Part shown: one piece after another, positions 56,044 to 64,000 of the stretch
How the letters are laid out: each line of letters starts with the position of its first letter
Position numbering within the stretch: position 1 is the first letter of the stretch
Source: an uncultured virus (IMG/VR IMGVR_UViG_3300003322_000453)
Lineage: Duplodnaviria; Heunggongvirae; Uroviricota; Caudoviricetes
Length of the DNA: 64,000 nucleotides
Reading direction: 5' to 3' (one strand)
IMG/VR virus record: IMGVR_UViG_3300003322_000453
Notes under the pieces: generated by a model
The model's input: the letters and a program-made list of their open reading frames with translations, nothing else
Database searches by the model: none
Told to the model about the DNA's origin: nothing
Translations under genes and position numbers: made by a program

Positions 56044-59000
56044 ATGCAAGAACTAACCTTCAGCGATAAAGACATAACCTACAAAGACCTTGGAGATGAT
56101 CCACTTTCTACAATCTCCAAAGAGGCACACCGCTTTAATCTTAGTCTAGGTTCTAACAAAAGAACTCCACAAGAACAACAAGCACTTATTAAACAAGGTA
56201 AAACTAAAGCAACAAATAGTTATCATCTATATGGAGATGCGGTAGATATAACAGGTGATAGAGTTAATATGCAAAAGTTCTATCAGCATATGAAATCTAC
56301 CTATGGTTCTAATCTAGCTGAACTTATCCATAACGACACCGATCATGCTGACCACGTTCATGTTGCTTGGAATTCTAGAACTTCTAAACCACAACAACAA
56401 GAGGGTGAGATAACATTTAGTAATGATGATATATCAACTCCTAGTTCTGTTCCTAATGTTGATATAAACAAAGCTAATCAACATCTTATCTCTGGCATAT
56501 TGGCTTTAAACCCTCTAACCGCAGGAATAAACCCTGATGTTATAAAAGGAATGAGTGATACGAACTCTAAACCTAGAGGTTCTACTTTAATCAAAAAGCA
56601 ACCACCTAGAGAACCATTCAAGCCTAGTGAATATGAAAACCAACTAGCACAGCAGTTTGAACAATATAAACAACAAGGGAATATAGAAGCCGCTAATAAC
56701 ATAGGTTTAGAACTTCAACAAAAAGGTTGGGAGTTTGGTTCTACTAGAGATGATAATAATAAAGAATGGCCCTATATAAAAGCACCTATCTATAAACCCT
56801 CTCGCGTCTTAGGAAAATATGAAAGTAGTCAACCCTATAAGGGAACTGACTATAATATTGCACAACAAGAAACAGAAAGAGAACAGCAGTTAAGACAAGA
56901 AGAGTTTAATAGGAATGATAATAGAGGAGTTATAAGGAAATTCACTGAAGGCTTAGGTGCTGGAATAAGTGAGACTGTTGACACTATGGGTGCTGGGGCT
57001 TTGAGGTTAGGTAGTGATATAGCTTCTATTCCAGGTAAGATAGATAATGCTTTTTGGAATGCTACAACCTCTCAAGAATATAGAGACAAACTTGCTAGGA
57101 ATGAAAAGCCTACCATAAAACCATTGGATCAAAATATCCTAGAAAGAGGAACTACTTATTTACAAAAAAGAGCAGCTAATGCACAAGAGGAGCAACAGCT
57201 AAAAGGTAGCACTTTAGTATCAAAAGCCGGACATACTATAGGTGGTTTAGCGCCTTTATTTATCCCCGGTGGTGGACAAGTTGCATTTGGTGTTGAAAGT
57301 GGACTTGTTAGTTATGGTGCTGGGGAACCTTTAGACAAAGCTATTCTAACCGGGTTAATGAGTGTAAAAGGCGCAGAAGCAGCGGGGCTTTTATCAAAGA
57401 CCTTGGAGAGAGAAGTAGTTCCAGTTGTTGCTAGAGAATTAGCAAGTTTAGCTAAACAACCCTCCTTAGCTGGAAAAATGGGCGCTGCTACTAGAAATGT
57501 TATTGAAAGCGTTAAGAATGTTCCTACTAAGCTAGAACCCTATGCTGCTAGAACAATGGGACAGGTTATAGGACTCCCTTTGATGCAAGCTGGGACCGGA
57601 CAAGGAGTGCCAATTACTAAAGAAGACATAGCACATACTATCTTAATGGCTATGGGATTTGGAATTAGTGGACATAATAAACCATCCGATGTTAGTGAGA
57701 ATGGTGAGAATGGGAGGGTTAGGTTAAATAAGAAAGGTTCTAGTGATGTAAAGATAGAACCTAAATCAACAGAAGACCAAACCAAAGCAATAGAGTTTAT
57801 AACAAAGTTCGCTGATCCTAGTGAGGGTAATGATCCTGAAGTTGTACAGGAAATGATTAGGACGTTGAAAACCAGCGGGGCATTACCGGAAGGGTTTAAG
57901 TTAGAACAACCGATTGTAGAACAACCAACTATTATAGAACCAACCGTTAAATCTAAGAAAGAAGAAATAACCTTTAAACCAGAAGATATTACTAAAGAAC
58001 CTACAAGCCTAGAACAAATTCCGGCTCCTATAGAACATCAACCGTCCAAAGAAGCTTGGGAGAACTTAGGGAAAGAACAATCAGTTGATATAGAATCATC
58101 CAATATAGAACATGAAAATCCTATAGCCCTCGCCCAGCCAGCCGAACCTTTAGGCACCACAGAAAAACCTCAAGTCTCAACCAAACAAGAATTCGCTAAG
58201 AGCTTAGTAGAGAAATGGAAATATCAACCCCTATGGGCTACTGTTAGTAGCGAACTAGCAGAAGCTAGAGCAAACACTTGGGCCAACGACACTGGAAAAC
58301 CCAAAGAAGAATGGTATCATACTAGACTATCAACCGTTGGAGACTATCAAGATTTCGTTAAGTTAATGGGCGATCCTATGGAGATTGCTAAAGCACAGGG
58401 TTATAGTGGAGATATTATACCCAGAGCGGTTAGCACAGTACAAGACGGGAAAGGGTTGATATTTGCACTTCAACAACCCAATAAAACCAGCGCAGTTCAT
58501 GAACTTGCACATATATTTAGAAGGATGGATTTAGAGGGGGAACATTTAAAAACCGCAGAAGATTGGCTAGGTGTTAAGGATGGTAACTGGACTGTTGAAC
58601 ATGAGGAAGGATTCGCTAGGGGGTTTGAAGCATATTTGGCAAGTGGAGAAGCACCTACACCACAGTTAAAAAAAGTATTTGATTATTTTAAGAACTGGAT
58701 TGTTAATATTTATAAAGCAGTTACTAAGGTTCCCAAAGGCGGGAACCCGTTGGAGATTAAGATAAGCCCAGAAGTTAAAGGGATGTTTGATTCTCTGTTG
58801 GGGAAAGAATCCACCAAAGAAAATGCTAAGGAGACTACTAAAGAATTTCCTTCAACCAGTGATGGTATTCTAACAATCGAACCCTCCCCTAGTGGAGATG
58901 GATATAGGGTTAAGAATAATGAGAATGGACTGTTTACTGTTAAGTATAAGTCTCTAGAACAAGCACAGGAGAGATTAAAGGTTGAGCAGGGAGGAGGTGA

Positions 59001-61221
59001 AGGAGCCACGTTGGAATATGGGCAGAATGGCCCTGTGAGCTTCCAGACTTCCGAGGGATCAGAAGGTATGGCAGAGGGGGAGAAACCCCCCACAGCGGGC
59101 GATTCTGAGCCACCAGAGCCTATCACAGACACAGTTTCTAAACCCCCAGAAGGAATGAAAGAACGCTCCTTACCGAAGACCCTTGCCACACACGGATTAC
59201 CTGAAGGTGAGAATCTATATTACAAAGAAGCACCTAACAATGAGACAGTTGAGAAAGCCAATAACATAATTACAGAGAAAGGCATTGATGGTGCAACAGA
59301 ATGGCTCTCCTCTAGCGACATCCTAAACGCTGAACACACAGCAACAGGTCTTATCTTAATAGATCAACTACAACAAAAAGGCCAAACCGCCAAGGCTATT
59401 GATCTAGCATCTACACTAAGCGAAAAACTAACCCGCTATGGTCAAGCAGTACAGGCAGTTAGGGTGTTGGATAAATTCAGTCCTGCTAGGCAACTTGTTA
59501 TTACTTCTAAGATATATGATAAATACCATCCCGGCGAGACGATGCCAGTTGAAACAGCCAATACTATAACCACCGAAGCTACTAATATTAGAAAAAATAT
59601 AGACACTATCCATAAAGTATCAATCGTTCTAGATAAAGTTGAAGACCCTTTTATTAAGGATAATCTCATAGAAGGGCTACAGAAGATCATCAAAGACACT
59701 GCTAAGAGCAAAGTTAAGCTTGCTAAGACCATAGAAAACATGAGTCCTTGGAAGAGACTTCAACGCAAGTTGTCTAAGCTTAATATATTAAGAGCTATTG
59801 AAGCCTCAGTTGATCTTAGCGCCCCCGGTAGACAAGGGATGATCTTTTCCGTAACCCACCCTCTACTATCAGGTAAGGCATTTTATAAACAACTCCAAGC
59901 ACTTTCTAAAAACCCTGAAGCCTATAAGGAGTTTGAATCCACCAATCTCTATAACGACCCAATGTATGACTTCTCTCGACAAGCCGGTGTAGACTACACC
60001 ACTGCTAGTGCATCTGGTATGCATGATTTATCAAAAGCGGAAGAAGAATTCATGACAGGGCTTTTTGAAGATTGGGCCGCTTCGGATTCGTCTATCAAAC
60101 GTACCTTAGCCGCGCCTGTTATTCGCAGTGAACAAGCCTATGTTACGTTCTTAAATCACCAGCGTTTATCAGTGTTCAAACTCTATAACAAAGCTCTTTT
60201 AAAAGCTGGAATTCCTATGTATAGTCGGGTGGAGTTCCAAGCTATTGATAGAGCAACAGGGGAGATTGTAGAGAAAACCAAAACTCGGGGTGATCTGGCT
60301 AAGTATGAGGACAACCCTGCTTATCAGATCAAAGATGCCTCTGTAATATCTAAAGACTACCAATATATGGCAGATTTTATCAACAAAGCAACAGGCAGAG
60401 GGAACTTAGGTAAAGGTCGCATTGCTGGGGCGGTTCCTTTCCTTAATAGTATTCTATTCAGCCCCAAGTACGTTGCTTCTAGATTCCAACTAATAGCCGA
60501 ACCTATTAAACTTCTAACCCCAAAAACTCACTTAAAGATAGGTGGTAAAGAAATCCCACATCCTACTCTTAAAATCAGTGGTAAGCTTAGATACTTAGTA
60601 GCAAAAGACCTTACCATTTTCGCTGGCGCTGTTGCTGGTTCACTCTACTTAGTAAACAATCTTAAAAAGATGGGCGTGGATGCTGAAGTTTCTACAAACC
60701 CTGAAGACCCAGACTTTCTAAAAGCCCGTATAGGCTCCGCGCATTATGATCTAACTGGTGGATTTCAAGGCAATCTACGTATGCTATTTCAACTCTTCAA
60801 CTACTTTGAAGATAAACCAAACCTTGTTAAACAGGGTGCTTATTTAAGGGAGAAAGGAACCGGAGAGTATAGAAAAACAGGTAGAGACATTGCTTATGAA
60901 TTCCTAGAACGTAAGCTCGCTCCTATACCGGGCTTTATAACCGGTGCTATAAGTGGGAAGTCTAAAGATTATGATAAACTAGGAAAAAGACTTGACTTTG
61001 AAAGGACTCCTGAATTACCTTTGGTTGGTAAGATTGAGACGTTTAAAGGTACACCTTTAGAACGTCCATCGAATTATTGGAATGAGTTCTCTAAGCTATT
61101 TGCACCTATTACTATAAGGGATTTCTATCAAGCTTATGAAGATGAAGGAGTAGGAGGGATTATTAAATCCTCGCCGGGTATACTTGGTGTAGGAACACAG
61201 ATTTATAAGAAAAAGAAATAA
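56044..61221 (+). CDS. Large ejection/polyvalent protein with M15-like peptidase and HExxH domains
   Basis: RT..EQ..L...NSYHL.G.AVD...HVHV; VHELAH...EEGFARGFEAYL..G.APT..L..VF..FK.W. Confidence 0.72.
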   Translation: MQELTFSDKDITYKDLGDDPLSTISKEAHRFNLSLGSNKRTPQEQQALIKQGKTKATNSYHLYGDAVDITGDRVNMQKFYQHMKSTYGSNLAELIHNDTDHADHVHVAWNSRTSKPQQQEGEITFSNDDISTPSSVPNVDINKANQHLISGILALNPLTAGINPDVIKGMSDTNSKPRGSTLIKKQPPREPFKPSEYENQLAQQFEQYKQQGNIEAANNIGLELQQKGWEFGSTRDDNNKEWPYIKAPIYKPSRVLGKYESSQPYKGTDYNIAQQETEREQQLRQEEFNRNDNRGVIRKFTEGLGAGISETVDTMGAGALRLGSDIASIPGKIDNAFWNATTSQEYRDKLARNEKPTIKPLDQNILERGTTYLQKRAANAQEEQQLKGSTLVSKAGHTIGGLAPLFIPGGGQVAFGVESGLVSYGAGEPLDKAILTGLMSVKGAEAAGLLSKTLEREVVPVVARELASLAKQPSLAGKMGAATRNVIESVKNVPTKLEPYAARTMGQVIGLPLMQAGTGQGVPITKEDIAHTILMAMGFGISGHNKPSDVSENGENGRVRLNKKGSSDVKIEPKSTEDQTKAIEFITKFADPSEGNDPEVVQEMIRTLKTSGALPEGFKLEQPIVEQPTIIEPTVKSKKEEITFKPEDITKEPTSLEQIPAPIEHQPSKEAWENLGKEQSVDIESSNIEHENPIALAQPAEPLGTTEKPQVSTKQEFAKSLVEKWKYQPLWATVSSELAEARANTWANDTGKPKEEWYHTRLSTVGDYQDFVKLMGDPMEIAKAQGYSGDIIPRAVSTVQDGKGLIFALQQPNKTSAVHELAHIFRRMDLEGEHLKTAEDWLGVKDGNWTVEHEEGFARGFEAYLASGEAPTPQLKKVFDYFKNWIVNIYKAVTKVPKGGNPLEIKISPEVKGMFDSLLGKESTKENAKETTKEFPSTSDGILTIEPSPSGDGYRVKNNENGLFTVKYKSLEQAQERLKVEQGGGEGATLEYGQNGPVSFQTSEGSEGMAEGEKPPTAGDSEPPEPITDTVSKPPEGMKERSLPKTLATHGLPEGENLYYKEAPNNETVEKANNIITEKGIDGATEWLSSSDILNAEHTATGLILIDQLQQKGQTAKAIDLASTLSEKLTRYGQAVQAVRVLDKFSPARQLVITSKIYDKYHPGETMPVETANTITTEATNIRKNIDTIHKVSIVLDKVEDPFIKDNLIEGLQKIIKDTAKSKVKLAKTIENMSPWKRLQRKLSKLNILRAIEASVDLSAPGRQGMIFSVTHPLLSGKAFYKQLQALSKNPEAYKEFESTNLYNDPMYDFSRQAGVDYTTASASGMHDLSKAEEEFMTGLFEDWAASDSSIKRTLAAPVIRSEQAYVTFLNHQRLSVFKLYNKALLKAGIPMYSRVEFQAIDRATGEIVEKTKTRGDLAKYEDNPAYQIKDASVISKDYQYMADFINKATGRGNLGKGRIAGAVPFLNSILFSPKYVASRFQLIAEPIKLLTPKTHLKIGGKEIPHPTLKISGKLRYLVAKDLTIFAGAVAGSLYLVNNLKKMGVDAEVSTNPEDPDFLKARIGSAHYDLTGGFQGNLRMLFQLFNYFEDKPNLVKQGAYLREKGTGEYRKTGRDIAYEFLERKLAPIPGFITGAISGKSKDYDKLGKRLDFERTPELPLVGKIETFKGTPLERPSNYWNEFSKLFAPITIRDFYQAYEDEGVGGIIKSSPGILGVGTQIYKKKK

Positions 61222-61312
61222 CCCACAAGTAGGTTATTGTTTTAGGTGTTTTAGGTAAAAGCTGCTAAGGGACTGGGTATGATTTAGAGCTTGTATAATA
61301 ACAGGAGATAAA

Positions 61313-61810
61313 ATGTCTAAACAGCCAGTCAACGGTAAGTATATTTCCCCTGATACCGATATAGATCATGATACCGATATAGATAGGGAAGAAGAAATGA
61401 CAAGTACAGAACGCATAGACAAACTCACAGAAAGCGTTACTATACTAGCACAAGAGCTAACCAAACTAGCGGCGAAGAATGAACTAGAACAACAACAGTC
61501 GCGGGAGATAATGCACAGGATTGCTAATAGTTTAGATAAACCTCCTAAGAATGGCGTAGGAGATTGGATTAAATATGGCATCAGCTTGGCTATAGTAATA
61601 GTCGGTTGGGCCTTTAGTGGATTTGTTGTTATAAAAAACACTGAGACAGAACTTAGAGTATCTAATGCTGTAAGAGAAGAAAGAGATAAAGGCTTTGTAA
61701 ATACAATAGAAGATTTTAAGAAAAATGTCTATAGAGACTTAGCACTTGCTGATGAACGATATAGACAATTATCAATAGACATGGAAACTTTGAAAAAGAA
61801 AGGAAGGTAA
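61313..61810 (+). CDS. Single-TM coiled-coil membrane protein
   Basis: YGISLAIVIVGWAFSGFVVI; 18-bp repeat DTDIDH near the N-terminus. Confidence 0.6.
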   Translation: MSKQPVNGKYISPDTDIDHDTDIDREEEMTSTERIDKLTESVTILAQELTKLAAKNELEQQQSREIMHRIANSLDKPPKNGVGDWIKYGISLAIVIVGWAFSGFVVIKNTETELRVSNAVREERDKGFVNTIEDFKKNVYRDLALADERYRQLSIDMETLKKKGR

Positions 61811-61814
61811 CAAG

Positions 61815-62093
61815 ATGCCAGGATTCCCAGACAAAATCATAATCAATAGTTGGCGAGATAGTGGTATGAATTCTCTTATAGATTGTGATGTAGAGAGTTT
61901 AAAATACCTCGCTGAAGAGTTGGAAGAGATGGATAAGACAGGACAACTTTCGTTGAAAAACACTCTTGACCTCAGAGATAGGATGTTAGCTGCTTGTGAT
62001 AAGTATAACAAGGCTCAAATGACTTATCATGAGGAGTTACAGAAGTTAATCGAGGAAACTAGAGTTAGAATAGACAAAGCTTTAGGACTTTAG
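61815..62093 (+). CDS. Helical hypothetical protein
   Basis: Operon ORF. Confidence 0.55.
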   Translation: MPGFPDKIIINSWRDSGMNSLIDCDVESLKYLAEELEEMDKTGQLSLKNTLDLRDRMLAACDKYNKAQMTYHEELQKLIEETRVRIDKALGL

Positions 62094-62116
62094 CAAAGGT
62101 CTACAACAAAGAAAAA

Positions 62117-62407
62117 ATGACCACCGCTAACGACTACAAACGACTAGAACTAAAACTAGCCGAGCTAAGTTCCATCACCGAACGGGTGGTTGAGAAAGTC
62201 GCTACTATGGATAGCAAAGTAGATAAGGTTTCCACTAAGCTAGATAATCTCCAAGACACTAAGGTAAATAATACAATAACCGACATAGCCGTGCTAAAGG
62301 AAAAGGTTTATAGACTTCAATCCATAGTTTATGGGTCTATGTCGGTTATTGGTGTACAAGGGCTAGTTATTATAGGAGGGATTATATTATGGCTGGTGAA
62401 GAGATAG
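62117..62407 (+). CDS. XhlA/holin-like protein (coiled coil plus C-terminal TM)
   Basis: IAVLKEKV..LQSIVYGSMSVIGVQGLVIIGGIILWLVKR. Confidence 0.55.
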   Translation: MTTANDYKRLELKLAELSSITERVVEKVATMDSKVDKVSTKLDNLQDTKVNNTITDIAVLKEKVYRLQSIVYGSMSVIGVQGLVIIGGIILWLVKR

Positions 62408-62823
62408 ATTTAGAGGAGTTAAAAGCTAGGCTCCATAACCTTAGATTATCTATAGATAAAACCAGATGGACAGAGATGTTGGCGTCTAGTGTACCAGCTT
62501 TGTTAGTGGAAGAAACTGGGTATATAATAGACGAAACTCCCTTGGCTGATGAGATGTTTGGATATATACAAGGGGAATTAAGAGGAAAGAATATTAAGGT
62601 TTTAATCCCAGATAGATTTCATGAAATGCATGATGTTCACCTAGCTAGGTTCTGGGATGATCCTACAACTAGGAGTATGGGGAGTAGGTTTACTGAAGAA
62701 AGACCTATAAATATAGTAGGTAGAAAAAGAAAAGGAGAGGAAATAAGACTTGCTATAGGGTTATTTCCTCAGATGGTAGATGATGCTAGGTGCGTGTTGG
62801 TTACTTTCGCGGAGAGAATATAA
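62389..62823 (+). CDS. Stand-alone PAS domain protein (FixL-like)
   Basis: EMFGY..GELRGKNIKVLIPDRFHEMHDVHLARF...TRSMG...VGRKRKGEEI.L.IGL. Confidence 0.85.
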   Translation: MAGEEIDLEELKARLHNLRLSIDKTRWTEMLASSVPALLVEETGYIIDETPLADEMFGYIQGELRGKNIKVLIPDRFHEMHDVHLARFWDDPTTRSMGSRFTEERPINIVGRKRKGEEIRLAIGLFPQMVDDARCVLVTFAERI

Positions 62824-62837
62824 GCTTGGGGCTTGAG

Positions 62838-63020
62838 TTAAAATGGTTTCTGTAAATTATTCTCCGCTATAAACCTCTTCATAATCCCTAAACATTCCTC
62901 TGTTATAACCTGAATCTCTTTTTCTATTAAAAACCTTTGGTTCTTTCTAATAGCGTTGCTTATAGATTCTCTAAGTTTATCTTCATCAAAATCGGTTGAC
63001 GTTGCCATTTTACAATTCAA
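62838..63020 (-). CDS. Hypothetical protein
   Basis: Last gene of the convergent minus operon. Confidence 0.5.
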   Translation of the reverse strand: MNCKMATSTDFDEDKLRESISNAIRKNQRFLIEKEIQVITEECLGIMKRFIAENNLQKPF

Positions 63021-63258
63021 CCTCTATTCCTTCTGGTGTCATCCAGCCATTACCCTCATTAACTCCACACTCCATATATCCTTTATCATTCCATTTCTCT
63101 AATAAAAACTGTACTCTCTTAGGATTCATACCTAAGCTTTCACCAACTTCTCTAGGAGTTTCATATTCTAAAGGTCTATCTTTAATATAAGGTTCATATG
63201 GTGAACCTGTACGTTTTTTGATTTCTCTATACAATATCTTTTCATCTTCTTTAATCAT
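63010..63258 (-). CDS. Winged-helix-like protein
   Basis: PREVGESLGMNPKRVQFLLEKW..KGY.ECGV...GWMT. Confidence 0.55.
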   Translation of the reverse strand: MIKEDEKILYREIKKRTGSPYEPYIKDRPLEYETPREVGESLGMNPKRVQFLLEKWNDKGYMECGVNEGNGWMTPEGIEVEL

Positions 63259-63428
63259 TTAAAAACTCCTCCATTGATATTTCCATATCACTTTCTAAGG
63301 CTATATCTATATAGAACAGATAACCCATTTGACATAGACACATAGCGTTATGGTTGTAACCTTCGTTTAGAAAGAACCATGAGCCACACCAATAACAATA
63401 GAGCATTTTAGCCTCCTATTAATTATTA

Positions 63429-63725
63429 CTAGCCCCAAATAACCATGTCTGAAAAGTAGGGCTTCATTTGATTATATAACTGTTTAGCTGTCATATTAGA
63501 CTTCTTAGCAAAGATTAAGGTAAATGACAATGGATGCAATGCAACATACCAGTCATCATCTTCTCCATCCATATAGTATTTTCTTTCTATAGTATCAAAC
63601 AAATCTTTATACACTATCATGTTCCTAGAATAGTATAAGAATATCCAATAATCCTTAGATTTAAATAAGTCTAAGAAAATACTTCTAATAGCATTAGCAT
63701 CTTCTAATCTTATTGGTAAAGTCAT
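63429..63725 (-). CDS. Hypothetical protein
   Basis: ORF after the polymerase. Confidence 0.5.
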   Translation of the reverse strand: MTLPIRLEDANAIRSIFLDLFKSKDYWIFLYYSRNMIVYKDLFDTIERKYYMDGEDDDWYVALHPLSFTLIFAKKSNMTAKQLYNQMKPYFSDMVIWG

Positions 63726-63727
63726 AA

Positions 63728-64000
63728 CTAATCCATCTCCGCCATATTCTTACCTATCTTGCTATCAGCCGCACAGAAAAATCCATCCGGCATAGTTTCA
63801 TTCTTTAACACTTCACTTTTTCTCTCCATCACCTTCTTAACTTCCGATATACATTCATCTGCATCTTTAACTAATGGCTCATATACTAGACTATCATGTA
63901 TAGTGTTAATAAGTCTAAACTTCTCATTCAATCCCATCTCTTCTAACAACAACATTGTCTCTCTCATGTGGTAATGCGCGTTATTAGAAACCGGAAACGC
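63728..64000 (-). CDS. Family A DNA polymerase, C-terminal end (runs off window)
   Basis: AFPVSNNAH..M...LINTIHDSLVYE (motif C HD) ...KIGKN. Confidence 0.8.
   Translation of the reverse strand, partial: AFPVSNNAHYHMRETMLLLEEMGLNEKFRLINTIHDSLVYEPLVKDADECISEVKKVMERKSEVLKNETMPDGFFCAADSKIGKNMAEMD

Noticed and set aside
30496..62011. Minus-strand ORFs in the structural arm (e.g. 36707..37129, 58710..59189)
   Set aside because: Antisense shadows of structural genes
1..64000. Genome-wide stop-codon reassignment
   Set aside because: Long genes are intact in code 11 and TAG, TGA and TAA all end genes at operon junctions; only one internal TAG was found

Overview
Most of a tailed dsDNA phage genome (podovirus-like: terminase, portal, scaffold, capsid, adaptor/nozzle and ejection proteins, with no tape-measure or sheath gene seen). 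Bases 1-23.6 kb are a minus-strand early/replication arm: ThyX (cut by the window edge), N6-adenine MTase, Pif1/RecD helicase, SSB-like protein, Sak4/AAA_24 ATPase, Cas4-like nuclease, and an AAA+/winged-helix replication protein with an adjacent iteron-type origin and an antisense RNA unit. The same arm carries a stand-alone RapZ-CTD protein and a PPDK-like dikinase next to a CX5R phosphatase. Divergent sigma70-type promoters lie at about 23.6-24.0 kb. Bases 24-62.8 kb are a plus-strand arm: small anti-defence-like genes, then packaging and structural genes. Several of the fibre/spike-like genes carry Sec-type signal peptides. This arm ends with holin-like membrane proteins and a stand-alone FixL-type PAS domain. 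A family A DNA polymerase C-terminus enters from the right edge. No integrase, tRNA, CRISPR array or clear endolysin was seen. All family assignments come from motif recognition by eye, not database searches.
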